This document shows positions 1 to 8,270 of a stretch of 61,615 nucleotides of DNA, one piece after another. Numbering within the stretch: the stretch's first letter is position 1; each line of letters begins with the position of its first letter. The DNA lies in contig CBFGJV010000015.1 of assembly GCA_965649205.1 (NCBI GenBank), positions 1-61,615 on the forward strand, given 5' to 3'. The position numbers and the translations under genes were made by a program. The DNA comes from a candidate division WOR-3 bacterium. GTDB lineage: Bacteria; Hydrothermota; Tepidihabitantia; Tepidihabitantales; Tepidihabitantaceae. The notes under the pieces are model-generated. The model did not search any database and was not told the DNA's origin. It saw nothing but the letters and a program-made list of their open reading frames with translations.

Positions 1-648
1 CTTCTGCGCGGCCATCCGCTGCGCGACTGGGGAGTGTTACAGGCCTTCGGTCTGGCCGGGCTTGTGGCCCTGCCTTTTGCCCGACTGCGGCCAGGTCTGC
101 GTCTTGCCGCAGGGCTTATTCTGCTCGCGGCCTTTCAGCTAGTACTCGGTCTTGGCTATTCGGACTGGCTTCTTATGTATGAGCAGGGCGAACTGGGTGG
201 AATCGCCGGCGGTATTGCCTGGGCCGGTGTCATGCTGCTCGGTTCCTTTCTCGGCCCGTGTCTTTCTAACCCGCGTCGGGCCTTAGTCAGAAGCTCAGGT
301 CTCGCGCTTGGCCTAGGCCTGACTGGATTCGCACTCCACTATCTTGTGCCGGTAACCAAACCGCTCGTTACAGTTTCCTACACGTTCGTGTGTGCCGGTC
401 TGGCTGCGGCCGGTTTTGCCGTGGTGCTCGGGCTGGACCTTCTCGGCATCAGACTTGCTCACTTTGCGCTGTTTGGCGCAAATCCGCTCGTATGCTACAT
501 GCTTGCCGGTGTTCTGGCCGAGGGTCTTCACCAGCTTGTGCCGGAACCCGAGCTTCTGCCCGCCCTGGCCCTGGCCAGTTTGATATACCTTATCTGCTTT
601 CTCTGCGCCTGGTTTCTCCGCCGCCGGGGTATTCTTGTGAAGCTGTAG
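1..648 (+). CDS. Membrane protein, DUF5009/heparan-alpha-glucosaminide N-acetyltransferase-like (5' partial)
   Basis: Frame is open from base 1; WGVLQ and FGANPL.CY motifs; multiple hydrophobic helices. Confidence 0.6.
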   Translation, partial: LLRGHPLRDWGVLQAFGLAGLVALPFARLRPGLRLAAGLILLAAFQLVLGLGYSDWLLMYEQGELGGIAGGIAWAGVMLLGSFLGPCLSNPRRALVRSSGLALGLGLTGFALHYLVPVTKPLVTVSYTFVCAGLAAAGFAVVLGLDLLGIRLAHFALFGANPLVCYMLAGVLAEGLHQLVPEPELLPALALASLIYLICFLCAWFLRRRGILVKL

Positions 649-656
649 CCGAAGTG

Positions 657-1955
657 TCAGCGGCCCAAGAGCGTGCGGATAAACTCATCCCCGCGCAGCA
701 TGCCCAGTGCGCCGGTTTTGACCGTTTCCTCGTCGTAGGTCTGAACCTGGTCCGGCTCAACACCTGAGCCGGCAATCGCCACCGGCACCGGGCCGTGCAC
801 ATGATTACCCTTGGTCACCGGCGTAGCATGGTCAGGAAGCACCGCTACTCTGGCCTGGATACCGCGCTCTTCTATGCCCTTCATTACTCTGGCGATAAGC
901 CGCTGATCAAGATACTCAATACCCAGAATTTTCTGCTGCACGTCCCGCGAGTGCCCGGCTTCGTCCGTCGCCTCGACATGGACATACACAAAGTCGTGGT
1001 CGGTCAGAGCCGCAAGACATGCGTCTGCCTTCCCCTCATAGTTCGTGTCAATGAGCCCGGTAGCGCCCTCAACATAGATAACATCCAGACCGGCATATAC
1101 TCCCAGCCCCCGAATCAGGTCCACAGCTGATATGACCGCACCGGTGATGCCGAACATTTCCCGGTAAGTTTTCATCTTTGGCTTGCGGCCCGGAGACCAG
1201 AACCAGACCGAATTAGCCGGGTCCTTGCCTGCCAGAGTGCGCGCCACATTGACGCCGTGCCCGGGCAGAACCTCCCACGACAACCGTATCAGACTGTTCA
1301 GAAGTTCTGCTGTTGGCCGCGCCGCTTCGTTCTTCGGCCTTACCAACAGGTCCAGAGCCCGCTCGCCAACATAATCATGCGGCGGAAAACACTCCAGATC
1401 AGACGAGGGAAGAGAAGCGCCCTCCCGCCCTGCGCTAAGCACGCACAGATGCCGATAACTGATACCCGGAAAAAACCGGACGCCAAACTGGCAGTCAGGC
1501 CGTTGCGCCGGGTCTCCTGCCGGAAACCCGGAATTGAATTCCTGCTTACAACCTGTAACCTGACTGCTTTCTCTATTCATCGCCTCGATAAGCGGCCGCG
1601 CCTCTTCGCTGGAGATGTGACCCGCAGAATGATTCTTTATCCGGCCGTCCTTGATGCATATCAGGTTGCAGCGCAGCGCAACATCAGTCTCGCTGAGCTC
1701 CACGCCCATCGCCGCCGCCTCAATTACACCGCGACCCTGATAGCACTCCCGCGGGTCATAGCCCAGCACAGTCAAGTTCGCCACTTCACTACCCGGCGGC
1801 ATATCCTCGTCCACCGTGATGAATTGGCCGCACCGGCCCAGCCGGGCTATCTTGTCCATTGCCGGCTTTCTGGCAACCTGCAGCGGAGTTCTGTTGCCCA
1901 GCTCGGGCAGGGGAAAATCAGCCATCCCGTCGCCAAGAAAGACGACAAACTTCAT
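657..1955 (-). CDS. Cofactor-independent phosphoglycerate mutase (ApgM) family; probable homoserine kinase-type member
   Basis: GDGMAD, PGSEVAN, HVEATDEAGH and PDH motifs; directly downstream of threonine synthase. Confidence 0.85.
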   Translation of the reverse strand: MKFVVFLGDGMADFPLPELGNRTPLQVARKPAMDKIARLGRCGQFITVDEDMPPGSEVANLTVLGYDPRECYQGRGVIEAAAMGVELSETDVALRCNLICIKDGRIKNHSAGHISSEEARPLIEAMNRESSQVTGCKQEFNSGFPAGDPAQRPDCQFGVRFFPGISYRHLCVLSAGREGASLPSSDLECFPPHDYVGERALDLLVRPKNEAARPTAELLNSLIRLSWEVLPGHGVNVARTLAGKDPANSVWFWSPGRKPKMKTYREMFGITGAVISAVDLIRGLGVYAGLDVIYVEGATGLIDTNYEGKADACLAALTDHDFVYVHVEATDEAGHSRDVQQKILGIEYLDQRLIARVMKGIEERGIQARVAVLPDHATPVTKGNHVHGPVPVAIAGSGVEPDQVQTYDEETVKTGALGMLRGDEFIRTLLGR

Positions 1956-1961
1956 AATCCC

Positions 1962-3311
1962 CTATCGCTTTCCAAACATCTGCCGCAGATACTCCCGGAA
2001 CCAGCCGTACTCGTTCGGTCCCTTGTCGTAATACTCCGGCCTCTCGTCCAGGCCTTCCAGCGCTCGCGGCAGCGCCGGGTCAATGCCCAGCAGCCGCTGA
2101 ATCTCCTCAGGGAACTTAGCCGGATGCGCAGTCTCAATGGAAATACAAAGGGAAGGCTTGCTCTCCCGCAGGAATTTTTCCAGCCCGGCCCAGCCCACCG
2201 CGCCGTGCGGCTCCAGCATCACCCGATACTTATTCCAGGTGTTGACAATCGTCTCTCGGGTAGCGGCGTCGTCAATGCTCACCGCGTACATATCCCGGCG
2301 CATAGCCGCAAAATCAGGCTGCCTGGTAACATTGCCCTTTTCGTCCATCACCCCCCCGTACAGCGCCACCAGCCGGGGCAGATTCGACGGATGGCCCACA
2401 TTCATCGCATTGGAAATACACACCCGAGACGGTTCAATCTTCTGGTACTTACCCGTGGCCAGAAACTTGGGAAACTCGTCGTTGGCATTGGTGGCGATAA
2501 CAAACCGCTCTGCCGGCAATCCCATCCGCCAGGCAATCATGCCGCCGCACATATCCCCGAAATTCCCGGACGGCACGGAAAACACCGCTTTCTCGCCGTT
2601 CTTCTGCAACCGGGCATAGGCGTAGAAATAGTACACCGCTTGCGGCAGAAGCCGGCCGATGTTTATGGAGTTAGCCGAGGAAAAACGGATGTGAGCAAGC
2701 TCCGGGTCAGCGAACGCCTGCTTGACCAAAGCCTGACAATCGTCGAACTTCCCTTCAATCCCGGTAACCCGCACATTGCCGCCCAGGGTTGTCATCTGCT
2801 TGCGCTGCCGGTCCGAAACTTCCTTTATCGGAAACAATACCACCATCGAGATACGGTCCACATTGTGAAATGCGTGTGCGACCGCAGAACCGGTGTCACC
2901 CGAAGTAGCAGTAAGAATGACAAGCTCGCCCCTTTCCTGCGTCAGAAAATAGCGCATCATTCGCGCCATCATCCGGGCCGCAAAATCCTTAAAAGAAGCG
3001 GTCGGCCCCTGGTCTAGCCGCATGATCCAGTTATTGTCATACACGCGCTCCAGCGGCACATCGTAGTTGTAACACTCCACACACAGTCGCATCAGCTCTT
3101 CGTCCGGAATCAGACCGGCGGTGTAGCGCTTCAGCACCGCAAATGCTATTTCCGGATAACTCTTGTCGTTATAGGCAAGAATCTCCTCCTGCGGTATGGA
3201 AGGAATCTCCCGTGGCATATAAAGACCCTTATCTGGAGCCTGACCGGTCAAAAGCGCTCCCTTCAGGTCAACGTCCGGGGAACGCAAATTCGTAGAGTAA
3301 AAATAAAGCAT
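1962..3311 (-). CDS. thrC: Threonine synthase
   Basis: GPTASFKD PLP lysine, TATSGDTG, SANSINIGR, VPSGNFG, ETAHPAKF. Confidence 0.95.
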   Translation of the reverse strand: MLYFYSTNLRSPDVDLKGALLTGQAPDKGLYMPREIPSIPQEEILAYNDKSYPEIAFAVLKRYTAGLIPDEELMRLCVECYNYDVPLERVYDNNWIMRLDQGPTASFKDFAARMMARMMRYFLTQERGELVILTATSGDTGSAVAHAFHNVDRISMVVLFPIKEVSDRQRKQMTTLGGNVRVTGIEGKFDDCQALVKQAFADPELAHIRFSSANSINIGRLLPQAVYYFYAYARLQKNGEKAVFSVPSGNFGDMCGGMIAWRMGLPAERFVIATNANDEFPKFLATGKYQKIEPSRVCISNAMNVGHPSNLPRLVALYGGVMDEKGNVTRQPDFAAMRRDMYAVSIDDAATRETIVNTWNKYRVMLEPHGAVGWAGLEKFLRESKPSLCISIETAHPAKFPEEIQRLLGIDPALPRALEGLDERPEYYDKGPNEYGWFREYLRQMFGKR

Positions 3312-3328
3312 TATTGCCTCTTATCCCA

Positions 3329-4741
3329 CTATCCCTTTTTCCCTTCCAGCGCCTGATCAAGGTCCGCAATTATGTCGTCCGGATGTTCTGCTCCGACCGA
3401 CAGCCGAATCAGGTCCGGAGGAATGGCGGCCATTTGTCTACCTTCTTCTCCTTGCTGCCAGTGGGTAGAAATCGCCGGAATAGTGGCAACCGACTTTACC
3501 CGGCCCAGGTCGGTTGCCCGCCATATCATCTGCAGCCGGTTGAACACATCCCGGCACGCCTGGGCTCCGCCTCTCACCCGGAAGGAAAGCAGATGGGAAT
3601 AGCGGTTCACGGGTTTTCTGTACCGTTCGTCATATTCCGCATCTACCAGCCAGAGGTATTTCCTTGCCACCTCGTGCAGCGGGTTTGATTCTAGACCCAG
3701 ATAGTTCACTGCCAGAACATTCTTGTGCCGCTCCAGGAACTTCGCCACGGTGAGGGCAGTCTGACTCCATACATCCACTCTTGTCCGCAGGGTGCGCAGG
3801 TCGTTCAGAGTCATTGCGGCCTGGAAAGGATGCAGACAACCGCCGGTATCCCGCTGGGGCCAGAGCTTGAGATACTGACAGAAATCGGCTTTCATCTCTT
3901 CGTTATTGACATTGGAAATAATCGGCTTGCGGCAGATTACAGCGCCGGCAATACCCGTACCCGAACTGCTCATCACCTTGGTAACAGACTGAATCACAAT
4001 ATCGGCGCCATAACATATGGGCCGCAACAAAGCGGGAGAAGCAATCGTGGAATCGCAGACAAAGGGCAACCCATGCGCGTGCGCCAGATCCACCACCTGC
4101 TTCAGGTCAAAGAACGCCAGTCCCGGGTTAGATGGCATCTCGCCATAAAGAAAACGGGTATTCTTGTCTATCAGCTTTGCCCATTCACCCAGGTCGTTTG
4201 AATTACGCACCCAGCGCACTTCGATGCCCCGCTCCTGCATCTTGCGGACATTGAACTGCTGAAAGGTTCCGCCGTACACCTGGCAGGTGGCGACAAAGTT
4301 CAAAGGCGCACCGTCCTGCCTTACCAGCAACGCATCAGTTACGCCCGCAATGGCGGCCATGCCGGACGAATAGACAACGCAGCTTGTTTCTCCGTCATAG
4401 CCGTATCCCTCAAGGAGCGCCAGCACATCTTCCAGATATTGCAGGGTTGGGTTGTGAATGCGGGTGTAGCACCAGGTAGGAATCTGATAGGAGAGGGCGG
4501 CCTCCATCTCATCTGCGTCCCGGTAGGCCTGCGCCGCAGACAAAAACAAAGGCTCCATCGTGGCGCCCTGATTATTATTCAGCGCTTCTTCTACCGTGTA
4601 GAGCCCATGCACTGCCAGAGTGTCAAAACGCCGGCGCTTGGCTTGTTGCCAGGCTTGCCGGCGCTTCTCGCTAATCACCCTGGCCCTTTCCAGATATCGT
4701 TTCATGCCCTCGTCTGGCGAGGGCGCAGGTTTGTTCATCAC
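3329..4741 (-). CDS. Cys/Met metabolism PLP enzyme (O-acylhomoserine sulfhydrylase / cystathionine gamma-synthase family)
   Basis: YTRIHNPT, SSGMAAI, QSVTK (PLP lysine), LIRLSVGAEH. Confidence 0.85.
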   Translation of the reverse strand: MMNKPAPSPDEGMKRYLERARVISEKRRQAWQQAKRRRFDTLAVHGLYTVEEALNNNQGATMEPLFLSAAQAYRDADEMEAALSYQIPTWCYTRIHNPTLQYLEDVLALLEGYGYDGETSCVVYSSGMAAIAGVTDALLVRQDGAPLNFVATCQVYGGTFQQFNVRKMQERGIEVRWVRNSNDLGEWAKLIDKNTRFLYGEMPSNPGLAFFDLKQVVDLAHAHGLPFVCDSTIASPALLRPICYGADIVIQSVTKVMSSSGTGIAGAVICRKPIISNVNNEEMKADFCQYLKLWPQRDTGGCLHPFQAAMTLNDLRTLRTRVDVWSQTALTVAKFLERHKNVLAVNYLGLESNPLHEVARKYLWLVDAEYDERYRKPVNRYSHLLSFRVRGGAQACRDVFNRLQMIWRATDLGRVKSVATIPAISTHWQQGEEGRQMAAIPPDLIRLSVGAEHPDDIIADLDQALEGKKG

Positions 4742-4834
4742 GGTTCCTCCTGAGATGAGCGACCGTTGCGGTCAAAGTTCAATTGCACAAGCCAATCTAG
4801 GCAAACATCAGCTTCAAGTCAAGCGGGCTAGGAT

Positions 4835-4862
4835 TTGACATATGCAACCGCTAAGGCATTAT
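4835..4862 (+). promoter_or_regulatory. Putative sigma70-type promoter of the methionine gamma-lyase gene
   Basis: TTGACA-N16-CATTAT; SD AAGGAG before ATG 4892. Confidence 0.5.
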
Positions 4863-4891
4863 CAGCTCCAACTCGTCTGAAAGGAGCTATT

Positions 4892-6055
4892 ATGCATCAC
4901 CCTGATACCTTGTGCGTTCACTCTGGCCAACCAGAGACCGGCCCGGGTCCGGTGGTTACGCCCATATACGCCACTTCCACTTTCCGTTTCCGTTCTGCCC
5001 AGCACGGCGCGGACCTTTTTGCCGGCAGGGAGCAGGGGTACATCTACACCCGTATGCTCAATCCGACAGTAAAGGGGCTGGAAAATTGCGTCGCCAGTCT
5101 TGAGGGCGGCGCCTTTGCTCTGGCCACCAGCTCCGGCATGGCCGCCATTCATACTACCCTAACCGCGCTCTGCTCTGCTGGCGACCATGTAATCTGCTCC
5201 CGCACGGTATATGGCCCCACTCTGGCCCTGCTGCACAATATAATGGCCCGGCTGGGCGTGGAGTATTCCGCAGTAGATACGACTGATGTAGAACAGGTGA
5301 CCGCTGCTCTGCGACCCCACACCAAAGTCCTGTTTGTGGAAACCCCCGGCAACCCGACGCTGGTCATATCTGACCTGGCGGCTCTGGCTGCGCTTTGCCA
5401 GAGGCACGGTATCAAGCTGGTGGTGGATAATACCTTCATGACCCCGATTCTGCAAAGACCCCTGGATTGGGGCGCAGATGTGGTGGTCCACTCTCTGACC
5501 AAGTTTCTGAACGGACATGCGGACGTGGTGGGCGGCATCATCGTGGTGCGTAACGAAGCCACCTACCAGCATTTTCGCAAAATTCTGAATCATCTGGGCG
5601 GGGTATTGGGGCCTTTTGAGGCGTTTTTGGTGCACCGGGGGATCAAGACCCTGCACCTTCGGATGCAGCGGCACTGCGAGAATGCCCTGCAAGTTGCCAA
5701 GTTCCTGGAAAGTCACCTCAAAGTGGCGGCGGTATCTTATCCCGGGCTTCCCAGCCATCCGCAGTATAAACTAGCGCAGCGCCAGATGAAAGGCCCAGGC
5801 GGAATGATAAGCTTTGAGTTGAAGGGCGGTCTGGAAGCCGGGCGTCGGGTTATGGATTCAGTCCGGCTCTGCGGACTTGCGGTCAGTCTGGGCGGAGTGG
5901 AAACCCTGATTGAGCATCCCGCCTCTATGACTCATGCTGGCGTGCCGGAAGAGGAAAAACGGCGCGCGGGGGTTACTGACGGTCTGGTACGTCTCTCAGT
6001 GGGTATAGAAAACCCAGAAGATATTATCGCCGATTTGGCTCAGGCGCTGGCGTAG
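4892..6055 (+). CDS. Methionine gamma-lyase / cystathionine gamma-lyase family
   Basis: YTRMLNPT, DNTF, HSLTKFLNGHADV, SLGGVETLIEHPASMTH; start moved to the SD-preceded ATG 4892. Confidence 0.88.
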   Translation: MHHPDTLCVHSGQPETGPGPVVTPIYATSTFRFRSAQHGADLFAGREQGYIYTRMLNPTVKGLENCVASLEGGAFALATSSGMAAIHTTLTALCSAGDHVICSRTVYGPTLALLHNIMARLGVEYSAVDTTDVEQVTAALRPHTKVLFVETPGNPTLVISDLAALAALCQRHGIKLVVDNTFMTPILQRPLDWGADVVVHSLTKFLNGHADVVGGIIVVRNEATYQHFRKILNHLGGVLGPFEAFLVHRGIKTLHLRMQRHCENALQVAKFLESHLKVAAVSYPGLPSHPQYKLAQRQMKGPGGMISFELKGGLEAGRRVMDSVRLCGLAVSLGGVETLIEHPASMTHAGVPEEEKRRAGVTDGLVRLSVGIENPEDIIADLAQALA

Positions 6056-6061
6056 GCGGAA

Positions 6062-6233
6062 GGGAGTGGCCAGAAAGAAAGTAGCCAGAGAGGGAGTAGG
6101 CGGAAAGGGAGTAGACGGAGAGGGAGTGGCCGGAGAGGGAGTAGACGGAGAGGAAGTAGACGGAGAGGGAGTAGGCGGGAAGTCCCCCTCTACTCTCTAC
6201 CCTCTACTCTCTACTCCCTACTCCCTACCACTC
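6062..6233. repeat. Composite repeat: 8 x 15-bp units (GGGAGTAGACGGAGA-like) + GTCC + C-rich heptamer arm (CTACTCC/CTACTCT)
   Basis: Units counted directly at 6062-6181; heptamer arm runs into the bioY stop codon. Confidence 0.9.
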
Positions 6234-6798
6234 GCCACAGTCCGGGCAATAATACGCCAGCCACCAGTATTTTCAGGAGGTCGCCGGGCAGAAAGGGCAA
6301 TATCCCCAAGCTGAACACCCGTTCATAACCCACAAACCTGCCCAGCCAGATTACACCTGCCAGATAGATGACCATGCTTCCCAGAGCCATAGCGGCAAGG
6401 TTGGTAAATAAACCGCGGTCCCATCCCCGCCGGGCCAGAAAGCCGCATAGCCAGGCAGCCGGAACAAAACCCCACAGATACCCGCCGGTAGGTCCGCTCA
6501 GATGCGCCGCGCCATAGCCAAAACCTGTAAACACCGGTAGCCCCACCCCGCCAGCAAGAAGGTACAAAAACATGGCCGCGCTTGCCCGCCGGGCGCCCAG
6601 AGCCGCTCCGGCCAGAAGCACGGCAAATGTCTGGGCGGTCAGTGGCACAGGCGTAAACGGCAGGGGAATTCGTATCTGCGCCGCGAGCGCCACAAAAGCC
6701 GCGGCCGCGCCTATGATAAGCACATCCCGCAACAAAGCGACGCCTGCCGTGCGCGGATGCGGAAAAGCATAATCAATCATCACCGTGCCAGTCTGCAT
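6211..6798 (-). CDS. bioY: Biotin transporter BioY
   Basis: PVPLTAQT, GLPVF, GPTGGYLWGF, PFLPGD; start at ATG 6798 after SD GGAGG. Confidence 0.92.
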   Translation of the reverse strand: MQTGTVMIDYAFPHPRTAGVALLRDVLIIGAAAAFVALAAQIRIPLPFTPVPLTAQTFAVLLAGAALGARRASAAMFLYLLAGGVGLPVFTGFGYGAAHLSGPTGGYLWGFVPAAWLCGFLARRGWDRGLFTNLAAMALGSMVIYLAGVIWLGRFVGYERVFSLGILPFLPGDLLKILVAGVLLPGLWRVVGSRE

Positions 6799-6928
6799 AA
6801 AATCCTCCGGTTTGTGGCTGTTTCGGGTCAGTATAGCGCAAAAGCCCTGCTTGCCAAGAGGGTCCTGACCTGACTTCAGCCAATTTGACACCCTGCGGTC
6901 TCGGTTCTACACTTAGCCCGAAGCGCGG

Positions 6929-8263
6929 ATGAAGTATCATCTATCACTCTTCCTGAGCCTCTTTATTTCCACCAGCAGTGTTCTGGCAACCGGCTGGCCG
7001 CTTCCGCCCACCGATTCGGTACATCCTCTAGGGAATAACTGGGGCAACTATCAGGACTATGGCGGCGGCGCTTATTTCCACAACGGCATAGACCTTATCA
7101 CTGTCGGCCGGCGCAACCGGCCCGTAGTGGCGGTGGCTGACGGCTGGGTAAAAGGCTGGGGCACCATCCAAGCAGAACTGCACTACCGTCTGGCTGTCTG
7201 CGATTCGCCTCTCACCTACACCGGCCGGGCCCCGGGCTGGCTGTATGCCCACATAGACACTGCCCGTCCGCACAAACGGCTGGGGGACCAGGTAAGAGCC
7301 GGCGACACCATCGGCTATCTGGTAGCGTGGCCTGTGACCGGCTTTGACCATCTGCACTTTGCCCGTATATCTGACACGGGCGCCACCTGGATGCGCTTTC
7401 CCAATGTCACCTGGCACTTCATCCAGAATCCGCTCACTGTACTGGAGCCTCGCCAGGACCTGATTCCGCCCGTATTTGAAAACGCCCGCAGCGGCCAGAA
7501 ATTCGCCTTCTGCCGGGACAACACGAACAACTCTTACCTGAACCCCACCTCGCTCAGCGGAAATGTGGACATTATCGCCAAAATCCACGACAAGACCGGA
7601 TTCTCCACCGGCAACTCCACCTGGGACAAACTGGCGCCCTTTCAGATAGAATATATGATTCGCCGCCAGGACGGCCTCATTGTGCAACCTTGGACGATAA
7701 GCGTGCAATTCTCCAACCGGCTCGACGCCTCCAACATACATGTGGTTTACAAAAACGACAACACCTGCGACTCCCGCGGCGACTACAACTACCGTGATTA
7801 CTACTACATCGTCACCAACACCGACGGCGACTCCATCATCGAATCCACCGACACTCAGGGCAATTGGGCCACCGCCTCTGTCGGAGACGCAAACTACTGG
7901 GTACTGGTGCGCGCTTCCGACATTGCCGGCAACACAACCACCGACTCCATGCTGGTAACCACTGTCAACGGCGTAGCCATAGAAGATACCCCTTATCCGC
8001 TCCTGCTCCGTCCCTTTGCGGCTGTTCCCAATCCTGCGTCCGGACCGGCCCGCCTGCTGTTCTCGCTGGCTACTGCGGCGAATTGCCAACTGCGGATATA
8101 TGACCGCTCTGGCCGGGCGGCAGCGCACATTCTTTCCGGCCCGCTTGCACCGGGTGACTACTCTTTTTGCCTGCCCGAGTTGCCGGCAGGCGTGTATCTG
8201 GCCGAGCTGAATCTGGCCGGTACCACCGTGCACCGGACAAAACTGGTGCTACTACGCCGCTAA
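6929..8263 (+). CDS. Secreted M23-family metallopeptidase-like protein with C-terminal sorting domain
   Basis: Signal peptide; HNGID (HxxxD) and HLH motifs; C-terminal PNP...AGVY...KLV. Confidence 0.75.
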   Translation: MKYHLSLFLSLFISTSSVLATGWPLPPTDSVHPLGNNWGNYQDYGGGAYFHNGIDLITVGRRNRPVVAVADGWVKGWGTIQAELHYRLAVCDSPLTYTGRAPGWLYAHIDTARPHKRLGDQVRAGDTIGYLVAWPVTGFDHLHFARISDTGATWMRFPNVTWHFIQNPLTVLEPRQDLIPPVFENARSGQKFAFCRDNTNNSYLNPTSLSGNVDIIAKIHDKTGFSTGNSTWDKLAPFQIEYMIRRQDGLIVQPWTISVQFSNRLDASNIHVVYKNDNTCDSRGDYNYRDYYYIVTNTDGDSIIESTDTQGNWATASVGDANYWVLVRASDIAGNTTTDSMLVTTVNGVAIEDTPYPLLLRPFAAVPNPASGPARLLFSLATAANCQLRIYDRSGRAAAHILSGPLAPGDYSFCLPELPAGVYLAELNLAGTTVHRTKLVLLRR

Positions 8264-8270
8264 CGCCGAC

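Noticed and set aside
1257..3017. 586-aa plus-strand ORF and other long antisense ORFs (e.g. 7028-8233, 8307-9362, 20789-21985, 42149-42976)
   Set aside because: Shadow frames of well-supported genes in GC-rich DNA, with no recognisable motifs
4742..4891. SAM riboswitch or T-box between the Met/Thr genes
   Set aside because: The region is short, occupied by two divergent promoter-like motifs, and shows no recognisable riboswitch core
6062..6181. 15-bp tandem array as a CRISPR array
   Set aside because: Units are contiguous with no unique spacers, too short, and no cas genes are in the window
6066..6314. 82-aa ORF (GEGVDGEGVA...)
   Set aside because: It is the translation of the 15-mer and heptamer repeats and overlaps bioY on the opposite strand
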